This document shows, in pieces, positions 18,294-27,810 of a stretch of 40,212 nt of DNA (position 1 is the stretch's first letter; every line of letters begins with the position of its first letter). The notes under the pieces are model-generated. The model saw nothing but the letters and a program-made list of their open reading frames with translations. It did not search any database and was not told the origin of the DNA. The position numbers and the translations under genes are program-made. The stretch is from a virus (taxonomy: Duplodnaviria; Heunggongvirae; Uroviricota; Caudoviricetes), in the IMG/VR virus record IMGVR_UViG_3300031521_000016, positions 99,895 through 140,106 of that record; one strand, written 5' to 3'.

Positions 18294-19256
18294 TTACTTA
18301 TTTCGTTTTCCAAAATATGCATTTAAACTTTCGCCCTTCATACTTCTGCCGCCTTTCAGACTTTGAATATCTTCATTTTCAAATGGATCGATTAGATAAT
18401 CTAAGTTCAGACCAGCTTTTTCGTAGAAAAAGTCATCGTATCTATCTCCCCAAATATTGAAGAATACATTTATGATACCGCCCATGTAAATAGATTTTTT
18501 ACCCATTGCTTTTATATGAGTGCCTAAGAACATTGAATATGAAGCGCATGATAAGAATGCGATGTCAAAATCGATCTCTTTAATATCGTTCAGTATACGT
18601 TGACACTCTTCGTGCCAATTATTTGTTGAAATATTGAGACTTTCTTTTGTATCAGATGGTGTGCTGTAAGTTATAGGTGTGTTATAAGTCAACAATTCAA
18701 TATTAGGGAATTGATAGTTTAAATAAAGTTTGTCAATTCTCTCGAATTGATACTGTATACTTTTAGAAAAAGGACTTATTATGAGAATTTTCTTGTCTTT
18801 GCCCCAAATGGAGAATGACTGTAGAAATGGCTTAATCTGTTCGATGAATGCGTATTGATACTTATCTTTTCCTATAGACATGTACTGTAAGAAGTTTTTA
18901 TCTTCATGATTAAAGTTTCTTGTTTCAAACTGATATATGAGATGACTTCCTGCATATGACATATCGTCTCCATCTTTGTAGAATGATATCATATCTTCGA
19001 GATATTTTCGGAAATTCTCTTTCCGCTCATCATGTGAACCAAAATCGAAATACCCATTATAATGTCTTACAACGTCTAGTTTATGTTCTAACCATACTGG
19101 ATTATCTATCAGATTTTTATTACTGAAATATTCTACTATAGCCATATAGTCCGAGCCTCCTATTCTACTGAAAAAATAGGGTCTATCTTTTGACATCAAT
19201 GTCGTAAAATTTTCTATAGCTCTATCTGTATTGTAATCATTATAAATGTTATCCAT
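18294..19256 (-). CDS. GT-D fold (DUF1792-like) glycosyltransferase-related protein
   Basis: SRIGGSD; KKILIISPF; DFDIAFLSCASYSMFLGTHIKAMGKKSIYMGG...IWGDRYD. Confidence 0.65.
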   Translation of the reverse strand: MDNIYNDYNTDRAIENFTTLMSKDRPYFFSRIGGSDYMAIVEYFSNKNLIDNPVWLEHKLDVVRHYNGYFDFGSHDERKENFRKYLEDMISFYKDGDDMSYAGSHLIYQFETRNFNHEDKNFLQYMSIGKDKYQYAFIEQIKPFLQSFSIWGKDKKILIISPFSKSIQYQFERIDKLYLNYQFPNIELLTYNTPITYSTPSDTKESLNISTNNWHEECQRILNDIKEIDFDIAFLSCASYSMFLGTHIKAMGKKSIYMGGIINVFFNIWGDRYDDFFYEKAGLNLDYLIDPFENEDIQSLKGGRSMKGESLNAYFGKRNK

Positions 19257-19303
19257 GTTTTTTCTTTTATAGAAACTTTACCACTATAATTCTGTGAACA
19301 CAC

Positions 19304-19332
19304 AAATGGCCACTAGAACTTAGTGGCCATTT
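19304..19332 (-). terminator. intrinsic terminator
   Basis: AAATGGCCACTA/TAGTGGCCATTT 12-bp stem just after stop of 19339..19641. Confidence 0.75.
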
Positions 19333-19338
19333 ATTTTG

Positions 19339-19641
19339 CTATCCTACGATTACGCTTAAATTATAAGATGTTTCAGACAATGAAGTATTAACGTTCTCTA
19401 TTCTATATGCTAAAGAATGTAATGCCTCCATAAAATTATTCGAATTAACGGTCTCAATAGGAGCCATTGCTCCTCGTAAATCTTTCAACATAGCAACTTT
19501 ATCGCTGATATTAATAGCTAATTTTTCATTTGTTTCAATAGCATAAACTAAACGATTTACCAATTTAACAAATTCTGGTAATTCTATTTCGGCATTTTCT
19601 TTCAATTGTTTAGTATTCTGTGTTCCAGTTTGATTATTCAT
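19339..19641 (-). CDS. hypothetical coiled-coil protein
   Basis: 100-aa helical ORF. Confidence 0.65.
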   Translation of the reverse strand: MNNQTGTQNTKQLKENAEIELPEFVKLVNRLVYAIETNEKLAINISDKVAMLKDLRGAMAPIETVNSNNFMEALHSLAYRIENVNTSLSETSYNLSVIVG

Positions 19642-19657
19642 AGTAAGTAAAGTTTTT

Positions 19658-20389
19658 TTATTCTACTTTTCCGATAGCGATAGTACTATCTGATTCTAAT
19701 GATTTGAAAATAACTTTGTTTTCAAGAATGAAAACTTCACTATCTTCTTTATCTACGAATCCAAAGTGTGTCTTATAAAAGGTGATAGTTGTATCTTCTT
19801 TTACAGTTACACCTGGCAAATTCAAATCAAAAGCTTTACCTGCGAAAAAGATTTCTCCTCCTGTTGAGTAAATTTTAAGACTGTCATTATCAGAGTCAAT
19901 AGAACATAATGAAGAGATTTTAGTAAGTGTATCTTTATCGATACGGAAACTGAAAATAGCTGATGAAGTATCAGTAATTTTAGCTGCCAAGTCTTTATCG
20001 ATATACTTGAATAGAGAAGGACTGGCACTTGGAAAGTTGAATTTCAAACTCTTATTGTAAATCTTAAGCTGTGTAGCAGTTTCTTCACCACCGACTTTTT
20101 CAGATGTTACCTCGAATTTTACATCATTTTCACCAAGATGCTTGAATGTCTGAATAAAATTATCTACCGCAAACATACCGATTTTTACATCAGTAGCTTT
20201 TATAGGATTGAAAATTTCGGTCAAATCAGTTGATGAAATTTTTACAACAGCTTTATCTGGTGTATGAGTTTTTGCAATAAACTTGTTATTGCTGATTTCT
20301 AAGAGAAGAGTTTTCTCTATCGATGAGAACCTCTTCAAATATGCGGAGAAGTTCGCAGTAGAATGTAAATCTAAGATTTGTTTTGACAT
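19658..20389 (-). CDS. probable DNA polymerase sliding clamp (gp45-like)
   Basis: 243 aa, two-repeat alpha/beta pattern (FSAYLKRFSSI; IDKDTLTKISSL), replication-gene context. Confidence 0.6.
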   Translation of the reverse strand: MSKQILDLHSTANFSAYLKRFSSIEKTLLLEISNNKFIAKTHTPDKAVVKISSTDLTEIFNPIKATDVKIGMFAVDNFIQTFKHLGENDVKFEVTSEKVGGEETATQLKIYNKSLKFNFPSASPSLFKYIDKDLAAKITDTSSAIFSFRIDKDTLTKISSLCSIDSDNDSLKIYSTGGEIFFAGKAFDLNLPGVTVKEDTTITFYKTHFGFVDKEDSEVFILENKVIFKSLESDSTIAIGKVE

Positions 20390-20425
20390 GTGTTATACGT
20401 TTTGCTTTCTAAATTTCTTTAATCT

Positions 20426-20758
20426 TTAGATTGTAGTAGTGGTTTCTAAAGGTTCGGTCGGAATTGGATCGATTACTAATGATTCAATAACTGTATCGAA
20501 TGCCACATACGGATCAGCACAATTATTATTCTTATAAAGACTTTTTTCAGAAGTTTTCACTCCTCGTCTTGTCGATGGAAACACTTCTAATGTATTTCCA
20601 TATAATGGCATAAAATAGGACACGATTACATAGTAACTTTTTTCTACTTGAAATACCCATGCTTTTACACGTGTACTGGTATCTACTGTATGTAAGTTTT
20701 CTCTTATCGATAGTATTTTTTCATCTCTCGTTGGTAATGCTTTGACTTTTTTCGCCAT
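20426..20758 (-). CDS. hypothetical protein
   Basis: 110-aa ORF. Confidence 0.65.
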   Translation of the reverse strand: MAKKVKALPTRDEKILSIRENLHTVDTSTRVKAWVFQVEKSYYVIVSYFMPLYGNTLEVFPSTRRGVKTSEKSLYKNNNCADPYVAFDTVIESLVIDPIPTEPLETTTTI

Positions 20759-21152
20759 TTTCTATTGGGTTTTTAATTTTTTGTATTTCATCTCTTATAT
20801 TTACACACTTTTCATACTCTTCTTTTTCAAGATAATATTTGAGCATATCTTCAAGTGTTCGTAATTTTGCTTCATCTGTTACTGGAGTTATAGATAGATT
20901 TGTATCGTCATAAAATGCTGGGTTATTATCTATAAAGTAAGTATCATATGCAATGTCCATTAAATAACTATCCAGCTCTTTTCGCACTTTCGCTGAAAGA
21001 AACTCGATAGGCATGTATAGAAAAATCGATATATCTTTTCCGCTATTCTTTGCATCAAAAAAGGCGTTTTCAACTTGTTCCTGATGCATTTTCATTATAT
21101 CATCCTTTCCCATACCTTTGTCATCATCTTCTGAGTAATCGTCGTTAAACAT
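20721..21152 (-). CDS. protein with C-terminal UVR (UvrB/UvrC) coiled-coil motif
   Basis: LEDMLKYYLEKEEYEKCVNIRDEIQKI. Confidence 0.7.
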   Translation of the reverse strand: MFNDDYSEDDDKGMGKDDIMKMHQEQVENAFFDAKNSGKDISIFLYMPIEFLSAKVRKELDSYLMDIAYDTYFIDNNPAFYDDTNLSITPVTDEAKLRTLEDMLKYYLEKEEYEKCVNIRDEIQKIKNPIENGEKSQSITNER

Positions 21153-21173
21153 AATAGTCGTTTAAATAATACC

Positions 21174-22592
21174 TTAATCTTCAGATTCTGGTTCCTCAAC
21201 ATCTTCTGGTTGAATACCGAATACTTCTATGCCATCAATTTCATCTTCTTCTCCCATAAATAAATCCACTGATCTATTTTTTACTGATTTACTCTTTTGT
21301 GGCATAACAGATTTCATCTGTTCATATAAAGCACTTATCTTTATTTTATTTGCTTTCTCGTCAGAAATTTCTTTCAGAGTTTCTTTAATTCTAGTCTGAG
21401 TACGTTTCAAACTTTCTTGTGAAAGATCACGTAAAACAATTCGTTCTAGTCTTGACTTTATCTTTGAAACGTATTGTTCTAAAAAGACATCTATTTCGGG
21501 TTCTGGACGTTTTTTAGCTAACATGAACTTTAAATAATCTTCTTTGGCACTAAGGAATGCCAATTCATCAGTATACAATGAAAGATCGTAATCAGAACGT
21601 AATAGTCTTACATATTCTCTATGAACTTTGTATTCATTCAGATAATCAGTTATGTCAGAGTATTCTACTACAGTACCGTCTTTAACAAAGACTAATGTTT
21701 CTGTAACGATTAGTTTTGTCATCTTGACTGTACGTGTCTTAAATTCTTCCCAATCTACACCACCTTTGTGTTTGAGTGTAATGTCTATGATATCAGAACT
21801 ATCGTTCTGTATAGAAAATTCTGCTTTACTGTTATTTGTATAATTTGAAAGCTTCTTGATGAAAGATTCATATTTCATCATAGGTGGAATTTCAGTTATA
21901 CGTACAGTCTTCAGTTTTTCATCGATTTCTGAATTACCTTCTAACAGCCAAGATTTGTTTCCATCTCCGAATTTTGAAACTTTTCCAGTAAATCCTTTGA
22001 AAAAAGGTGTAAGATCAGCTTTCTTATTGTTATCTAAGAATTTTTTAAGTTCTTCAAGGTTTCTCGATAATACAGTAGTTTTGTAACCTACTGCAATACC
22101 CATAATATTCGTGAGAAGTCCAATAGGAATTTCAACTTTTAGCCATTCCCATTGATCGTTATCGTTCTTAGAGTTTAAGACCGTATTCTTACTTATTATT
22201 TCACTAATGAGTGAGTTCATCTTTACTGATGTATACCTTGCAGCTGAAGCTTCTGGATTCACAGGCGTTCCAAAGAAACCATCGCCGAAAAGTAATTGTT
22301 CTCCACATGCAAATGGTCTTGCTATTTTATTTATTGCACCTTGTAATGATGCATCACCGTGGTGGTATCCGTCTGATATACAAGAACCTACGAGTGAAAT
22401 AGTTTTATTGAACGTTTTAGGAGCATTCATTAAGATTACACGTTGCACATTTGTTAATGCATCATAAAATCCTGGAATACCTCTATGCTCTAATACATAA
22501 AGAGCATAATTTCTAAAGTTAATATCTATTTGCTTCGATATGGTAAGTGGAAATTCCCGTGTATTCCTTTGTATTTCTATTTTTTTTGCCAT
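21174..22592 (-). CDS. gp52: type IIA DNA topoisomerase, breakage-reunion subunit (gp52/GyrA-like)
   Basis: DALTNVQR, YHHGDASL, SAARYT catalytic Tyr, GIAVG. Confidence 0.93.
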   Translation of the reverse strand: MAKKIEIQRNTREFPLTISKQIDINFRNYALYVLEHRGIPGFYDALTNVQRVILMNAPKTFNKTISLVGSCISDGYHHGDASLQGAINKIARPFACGEQLLFGDGFFGTPVNPEASAARYTSVKMNSLISEIISKNTVLNSKNDNDQWEWLKVEIPIGLLTNIMGIAVGYKTTVLSRNLEELKKFLDNNKKADLTPFFKGFTGKVSKFGDGNKSWLLEGNSEIDEKLKTVRITEIPPMMKYESFIKKLSNYTNNSKAEFSIQNDSSDIIDITLKHKGGVDWEEFKTRTVKMTKLIVTETLVFVKDGTVVEYSDITDYLNEYKVHREYVRLLRSDYDLSLYTDELAFLSAKEDYLKFMLAKKRPEPEIDVFLEQYVSKIKSRLERIVLRDLSQESLKRTQTRIKETLKEISDEKANKIKISALYEQMKSVMPQKSKSVKNRSVDLFMGEEDEIDGIEVFGIQPEDVEEPESED

Positions 22593-22608
22593 ATTTATTA
22601 TTTAGTTG

Positions 22609-22635
22609 TTTATAGATAACAAAAATATGATGTTC
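22609..22635 (-). promoter_or_regulatory. bipartite promoter-like motif GAACATCAT-N11-CTATAAA
   Basis: Upstream of topoisomerase A subunit, immediately after a terminator. Confidence 0.45.
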
Positions 22636-22644
22636 TAGAAAAGA

Positions 22645-22673
22645 AAAAGGAGCTATTTTAGGTAGCTCCTTTT
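22645..22673 (-). terminator. intrinsic terminator
   Basis: AAAAGGAGCTA/TAGCTCCTTTT stem with T-run on minus strand. Confidence 0.8.
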
Positions 22674-22693
22674 ATTATTGTCAAACAACTATG

Positions 22694-23065
22694 TTATTGT
22701 AATGTTAAAAGATATTTTAATTTGTCTATAAGAGCTTTAATCTCATCGACGATATTGGATATTTCGGTATCAACTTGTTTATCTAATCCGCAAGACCAAA
22801 TTTCTAAAGAAAAGAAATTCTGTATGTCAATAAAGAATACATTTATCTTCAAATTACTGTAATCTGATACCTGAATAGAATCAATACCTCCAAGTGAAAT
22901 TCTACCATATTTTCCTTGTATAGCTTCAATTAATCTATCGATTACTGAGTCTACATCTTCATAGAATGAACCAAATGCCATATGCTCTGCATATCTCATT
23001 GTTTGCCAGTGTAAAATTCTCGTTTCTGCTTGCAGCTGTAAGCATTTCAAGACGATTTTTTTCAT
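22694..23065 (-). CDS. DUF5856 ferritin/Dps-like four-helix-bundle protein
   Basis: ILHWQT, AEHMAFGSFYE, IDRLIEAIQG, IDKLKYLLTL. Confidence 0.8.
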   Translation of the reverse strand: MKKIVLKCLQLQAETRILHWQTMRYAEHMAFGSFYEDVDSVIDRLIEAIQGKYGRISLGGIDSIQVSDYSNLKINVFFIDIQNFFSLEIWSCGLDKQVDTEISNIVDEIKALIDKLKYLLTLQ

Positions 23066-23076
23066 TTCATTTTAAG

Positions 23077-23925
23077 TCATTTTAGCTTATTGATATATTT
23101 CAACTTGTTGTTGTATATCTTATTTGTTGTAATATTTGTGTCCTCTATTTTACCGTCGATATCATTCTGAAGTTTTATGTCAGATTGTTTGAAACGCATA
23201 TCTTGATTAGCGACTACTGCTTTAACTTGTGCCACTGTATGTAATTTAGTAGCTTGTAAAACTAAATCATCTACTGGTGCATCATTATAAAGATCACAGG
23301 CTTCTAAGTAATTGTCTAAGATTACATTAAGATTATTCTCATTAGGAATTTCTATTGTACTATGAAAAGTTTCTTTGCCATTAATAGTGGTTGTTACAGT
23401 AATTCCTGATATTCTATTATGAGGAACTCTAACGATATAGCACAAAACAGATGTCATATCGTCATTTGGTTGTGTAGATTTTATATCGAATACGTAGTCA
23501 CCGTCTTCTTTACGAATAGCTGAAACTTTTGATACACTCTCTGATGCTTGAGCAAATAAGTGAAATTTCTCACATAGCTCTTTCGGATTATAGGGATTGT
23601 GTATTGCATTATCATCTACCATTTCTGATTCTTTAATAGCATAGATGAAATTCATTACTTTTTTAATGATCACTTCGTCTGTACTATTATCGCAATTTAT
23701 CGTATGTTCATTACCATTTCTTACAACTTCTATAATAGAAGATGATAGATTGCAAGTAACTTTTAACATGTCTCCACTTCGAGTTTCAAATGAAAATGTA
23801 CGAGAATCTGCTACAGACTTAATACTTGAAACATGTTCTGTATCTTCCGATGTAGCAATTAATCCATGTATCTTCTCGATAAGCTCTTGAATTTTAAAGT
23901 GCTCGAACAATACTGTAAATCTCAT
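23077..23925 (-). CDS. hypothetical protein, possible head-internal protein
   Basis: N-terminus MRFTVLFEHFKIQE resembles the CTS-like motif. Confidence 0.7.
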   Translation of the reverse strand: MRFTVLFEHFKIQELIEKIHGLIATSEDTEHVSSIKSVADSRTFSFETRSGDMLKVTCNLSSSIIEVVRNGNEHTINCDNSTDEVIIKKVMNFIYAIKESEMVDDNAIHNPYNPKELCEKFHLFAQASESVSKVSAIRKEDGDYVFDIKSTQPNDDMTSVLCYIVRVPHNRISGITVTTTINGKETFHSTIEIPNENNLNVILDNYLEACDLYNDAPVDDLVLQATKLHTVAQVKAVVANQDMRFKQSDIKLQNDIDGKIEDTNITTNKIYNNKLKYINKLK

Positions 23926-24047
23926 TTCTTTCTCTTTTTTAATCGAGCTCTGTATAGCTCTTCTCTTGGAAGTATATCGTTAAGGAGTATAAGTTTAGCT
24001 CTTCTCATCTGTTCCTCTATTGTTATTCCCGTAATAATAGTCCTCAT
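23922..24047 (-). CDS. small basic hypothetical protein (41 aa, below ORF-track cutoff)
   Basis: MRTIITGITIEEQMRRAKLILLNDILPREELYRARLKKRKK; ATGA overlaps at both ends. Confidence 0.6.
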   Translation of the reverse strand: MRTIITGITIEEQMRRAKLILLNDILPREELYRARLKKRKK

Positions 24048-24265
24048 TTTTTCAATTGTGAAATTGAATCTTGGTCTACTACATAATATGACTCATCATA
24101 TTCTCCCATATTACCACTAAACTGTGTAATACGTTTAAGTTTGACAGCTTCTGCTACATCAATAAGTGCTTGATTGTATGCATCTTTTTGAACTAGCTCT
24201 ATCAATATAGTAGCTTGATTAGTATCTAAACTTACAAGAGGTAAGAAGAACTGAGGTGTTTTCAT
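24044..24265 (-). CDS. hypothetical protein (start probably 24265 rather than 24292)
   Basis: MKTPQFF... downstream of topoisomerase B stop. Confidence 0.6.
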   Translation of the reverse strand: MKTPQFFLPLVSLDTNQATILIELVQKDAYNQALIDVAEAVKLKRITQFSGNMGEYDESYYVVDQDSISQLKK

Positions 24266-24270
24266 ATGAT

Positions 24271-24278
24271 TATATATC
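24271..24278 (-). promoter_or_regulatory. GATATATA putative late-promoter box
   Basis: Overlaps TGA stop of topoisomerase B; heads the run of genes to the 22645 terminator. Confidence 0.5.
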
Positions 24279-26064
24279 AGTTTTGCAACCATTTTTTACG
24301 TAATCCAGCATTTGAACCGAATGCAATGTCCATCATCTTACTGCTGTTTTTGTCTTCTGTGATCTTTAAGAGTCTCATATCTCCGAATACATGTTCCCAA
24401 TCTTCACGTGATAATGATCCCAATCCTTTTAGATATCGTACAGCAGCAGGTTTTTTCAACCTAGAATATGCTTCGAATTCTTTCATTGTGAAAAAATACT
24501 TCTTCTTTTTTGCTTCATCTACTGATAAAAGAGGGGTTTGCAATATGAATAGTTTCCCTTGTAGGATAACGTTTGGAAACCATTTGAAGAATAAGTTTAT
24601 GACCAAAGATGCAATATGACCAAGACCATCAGGGTCAGCATCTGCTGATATGACGATTCTTTCATATTTACAGTTCCTATCGTTATCAGGTTCGATGCCT
24701 AAAATGTTCATCAAATCTATGATTTCCATGTTAGATGTCAAGTCTGATAATCTTCTAGCATTTTTTATCTTTCCCTTTAATGCATACACTGCATCAATTT
24801 TAGGGTCTCTTTTCTGTAAAATTGAACCCATAGCAGAACCTCCTTCTACAATATAGAGATTCTTTGTTTTCATAGAAGGTGGAAAATACTTATCTGATAT
24901 TTTAGACTTTTGAACACGTTTCTTAGTTTTCAAGTTACGCATATCTGAATCTCTTTCTGCTTCTGATATTTTACGTAAAATGTTATCGTAAATAGATGAG
25001 TTTCTAATTTCTCTTTTTATTCCAGGGAAGAAATTCTTTTCGAGGAGTGGAGATAATTCATTTCTAGAAGTAACAAATCTTGTCTTATTTTGATCACCGA
25101 AACTTACATATTTAGGTGGAAGATTTAACATGATAAACGATTCGTAAAATCTACCAGCTAATGGATTTTCATATACACTATTTACGTGGTCGAGTAATAT
25201 ACGTTGGTGAATTCCTGTACATTGTGCACTGTTAACAAAAGATACTGATCCACCTTGTGGATAACTTTCCCATAAGAAGAATGATCCGTATCTGTTTTCT
25301 ACAGTGATAACGTCATCTGGTAAAAATTTGGCATTAACGTCAAGTGGTTGATCGTCATAGAAACAAAGAAACTCTAGGTTGCTTATTTCCGGGTCATGCT
25401 TTTTCAAAAACTGTTTGAATAGCATGAGAGTATGAATATATTCTTTATCCCATTTACAATTTTTGAACTTATCTTTACGAGGAGTAAAGGAAATTACAGT
25501 TCCGGTTTCATCTTTGGGCTTCTTTGGTGTATTAACAGTATTAACGCTTATGAATTTTTCCCAAGTTTGTTCGTATATCTCTTCAGCATTAACTGTTCTG
25601 ATAGTAAAGTTATCGGCTAACATATTAACTACTGATGCGCCTACACCATTTGTTCCGAGTAAACTTTCAGCAGTTGTGTCATTATAGAAATTCGAACCTG
25701 CTCTAAGCATAGTCATTGCAGTTTCTACGTTTGATACTCCAGTTTTTTCATTTAGATGGGAAGCATTTATAAAACCACCTCCTGTATCTACTACTTTTAC
25801 ACGATTATCTTTACTGTAGAAATGAATTTCGATTCGCTTCATGAGACCTTTTTGACGTTTAGCTTCATCGAATGCATTATCGAGAATTTCATTCATCATT
25901 TTGTAAAATCCTACTGATATTTCTTTTATATCGTTTATGATCTTATCGTCTCTTACTATTTGTACTTTCTCTTCTGACGCTTCAAGAGAACCCACATACA
26001 TGGTAGGTCTAGTTAAAACGTGTTCAAAATCTGATAATGCAATAATTTTTTTATTCGCAGTCAT
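24277..26064 (-). CDS. gp39: type IIA DNA topoisomerase, ATPase/TOPRIM subunit (gp39+60/GyrB-like)
   Basis: EHVLTRPTMYVGS, EILDNAFDE, GTNGVG, IVEGGSA, ALKGK, ADADPDG, RYLKGLGS. Confidence 0.95.
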   Translation of the reverse strand: MTANKKIIALSDFEHVLTRPTMYVGSLEASEEKVQIVRDDKIINDIKEISVGFYKMMNEILDNAFDEAKRQKGLMKRIEIHFYSKDNRVKVVDTGGGFINASHLNEKTGVSNVETAMTMLRAGSNFYNDTTAESLLGTNGVGASVVNMLADNFTIRTVNAEEIYEQTWEKFISVNTVNTPKKPKDETGTVISFTPRKDKFKNCKWDKEYIHTLMLFKQFLKKHDPEISNLEFLCFYDDQPLDVNAKFLPDDVITVENRYGSFFLWESYPQGGSVSFVNSAQCTGIHQRILLDHVNSVYENPLAGRFYESFIMLNLPPKYVSFGDQNKTRFVTSRNELSPLLEKNFFPGIKREIRNSSIYDNILRKISEAERDSDMRNLKTKKRVQKSKISDKYFPPSMKTKNLYIVEGGSAMGSILQKRDPKIDAVYALKGKIKNARRLSDLTSNMEIIDLMNILGIEPDNDRNCKYERIVISADADPDGLGHIASLVINLFFKWFPNVILQGKLFILQTPLLSVDEAKKKKYFFTMKEFEAYSRLKKPAAVRYLKGLGSLSREDWEHVFGDMRLLKITEDKNSSKMMDIAFGSNAGLRKKWLQN

Positions 26065-26162
26065 AATTATTTATTTGTATTGAAATATAACAAAAAATGA
26101 ATATGCGTAAACATTTTTGTAATTCAAATTTTTATATTCAGAACATTAAAATGGTTCATATG

Positions 26163-26193
26163 ACATTGGGAGAATTATTAATTCTCCCAATGT
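26163..26193 (-). terminator. intrinsic terminator
   Basis: ACATTGGGAGAATT/AATTCTCCCAATGT 14-bp perfect stem after 26210 gene. Confidence 0.8.
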
Positions 26194-26209
26194 ATTTCAT
26201 AACGTGTTC

Positions 26210-26665
26210 TTATTTACTGTAAACAAGAAAGTGATCATTTAAATCAACTACTCCTTTTCTTTTTCGTAGTCCGTATTTTTTCACATCTCCAATAGCTTCT
26301 TCTATTTCCTTTGTGTCAATATATCTATCATTATTTAATGATGCTATTGCATAGAATATATCGGCAGTTTTAGCCATGTCATCAGAATCGATTTCTAGAA
26401 ATTCTTTTACCCATTCTGCATCATCTACTTCACGTATTTTTCCGTGTTCAAGAGTATAAATGCCTAATTCTTCTCCGTCATCGTCTTGTAATATAATCTG
26501 AAAATCAAAGTCTGGAAATTTCCCTTTCATAATTTCCAATGTACTGTCGACAAATTTATAGTTCACGACATCAGAAACTGTAGCAGAGAATTTAGTTGTG
26601 ATATATGACTTTGGTGCTTGAAAAGCTTCATTTATAAAAGCCTCGAAGAGCTTAACATGTTTCAT
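26210..26665 (-). CDS. putative head-internal protein (CTS-like N-terminus); start probably 26665
   Basis: MKHVKLFEAFINE. Confidence 0.7.
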   Translation of the reverse strand: MKHVKLFEAFINEAFQAPKSYITTKFSATVSDVVNYKFVDSTLEIMKGKFPDFDFQIILQDDDGEELGIYTLEHGKIREVDDAEWVKEFLEIDSDDMAKTADIFYAIASLNNDRYIDTKEIEEAIGDVKKYGLRKRKGVVDLNDHFLVYSK

Positions 26666-26679
26666 AGTATTTCTTTTTT

Positions 26680-27519
26680 TCATAAATTAACGTCTAGCTC
26701 TCTAATTTGTTCACCTTTTTCTTTGATGACTTTACCAATGTTTGTTATATTGACAGTATCATACCACAAAGGCGTTTTGGTCTTGCTATTCAATGATACG
26801 TACAGTCCATTTAAACCTACATATTGAACCAAAGATTTTCCATCGTATTGGATTCTATTCGCAATAAGATTTCCGTCTTTATATGACAGTCTATAGAGAT
26901 CATCATTAAGCTTGACCATGTTAGAATTTGTCTCTTTACGTTCAAGATTATTTACACCTTTGATATATGCAGCGTATAGATTTCGTTTACCGTTATCTAA
27001 TTTATTGCCGTATATTAGTACTACACCTCCAGTTGTATAACTTACACTTTCTAATAAATGATCGTAAGTATCTAACGCTCTGATAATCTTTTTATTTCCT
27101 TGATATTCACGTCTAATAGACTTTGAAATTTCAAGATTCATTTTCACGAGCAAATCTCCTGATTCCCATGATTGGTCAGTATCACCAATATCTTCTGGTT
27201 TAAAGTCACTTGCCCATGCCATAATAGCTTCATCATCTACATCTTCATACTCTTCTTCATCATCTCTATCGCGTACAGCTTTTAGAGTATATTTATGAAG
27301 TTCTTCATCAGCTATATACGCAGCATAAAGTTGATGATCATCTAAATTTTTAAGGATAGCAAGAGACTTGTAATCACTTACTACAACTTTAAATTTTATA
27401 CGATCAGCATTCTTTTTGTCCTCTATCCAATCTTCATCTCTTGAAAATTCAATTTCGGGTTCTAACCATGGCTCATCATGTTTTTCTGAGATGAAGTTAT
27501 CGAATGTTTTAAGTTTCAT
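26680..27519 (-). CDS. putative head-internal protein (CTS-like N-terminus)
   Basis: MKLKTFDNFISE; acidic. Confidence 0.75.
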   Translation of the reverse strand: MKLKTFDNFISEKHDEPWLEPEIEFSRDEDWIEDKKNADRIKFKVVVSDYKSLAILKNLDDHQLYAAYIADEELHKYTLKAVRDRDDEEEYEDVDDEAIMAWASDFKPEDIGDTDQSWESGDLLVKMNLEISKSIRREYQGNKKIIRALDTYDHLLESVSYTTGGVVLIYGNKLDNGKRNLYAAYIKGVNNLERKETNSNMVKLNDDLYRLSYKDGNLIANRIQYDGKSLVQYVGLNGLYVSLNSKTKTPLWYDTVNITNIGKVIKEKGEQIRELDVNL

Positions 27520-27805
27520 TATAATGAAAAAATTTGTCGAATCTTATTAGTTGATAATGCGAGCCATGTTCTGGATAGATGAATACTCCAGATTTATTGA
27601 CCATAATAACATCGTAGAAATTAAATTCTATCTTTTCTGGTACCATATCTCTTATAGTACGAACACATGAACATTTATGACCTAATACACCACAGTGATT
27701 ACCATGAAGTATAGTTACTAGCTTAGTTTTCAGCTGTTCATCAGTTAATAGAAATAAATCTTCAAATATGCTTTGTCCACACTCGGCATCTTTCAAATCT
27801 TCCAT
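27509..27805 (-). CDS. hypothetical protein
   Basis: 98 aa with HCGVLGHKCSC Cys/His cluster. Confidence 0.6.
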   Translation of the reverse strand: MEDLKDAECGQSIFEDLFLLTDEQLKTKLVTILHGNHCGVLGHKCSCVRTIRDMVPEKIEFNFYDVIMVNKSGVFIYPEHGSHYQLIRFDKFFHYNET

Positions 27806-27810
27806 AGTTG

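Noticed and set aside
19822-20028. Minus-strand 68-aa ORF nested in the sliding-clamp gene
   Set aside because: Alternative frame within a longer, context-supported gene; no motif
16336-24292. Possible paralogy between 16336..16590 and 24044..24265 (A..A...(V/I)(D/N)..SI pattern)
   Set aside because: Similarity too weak to support by eye
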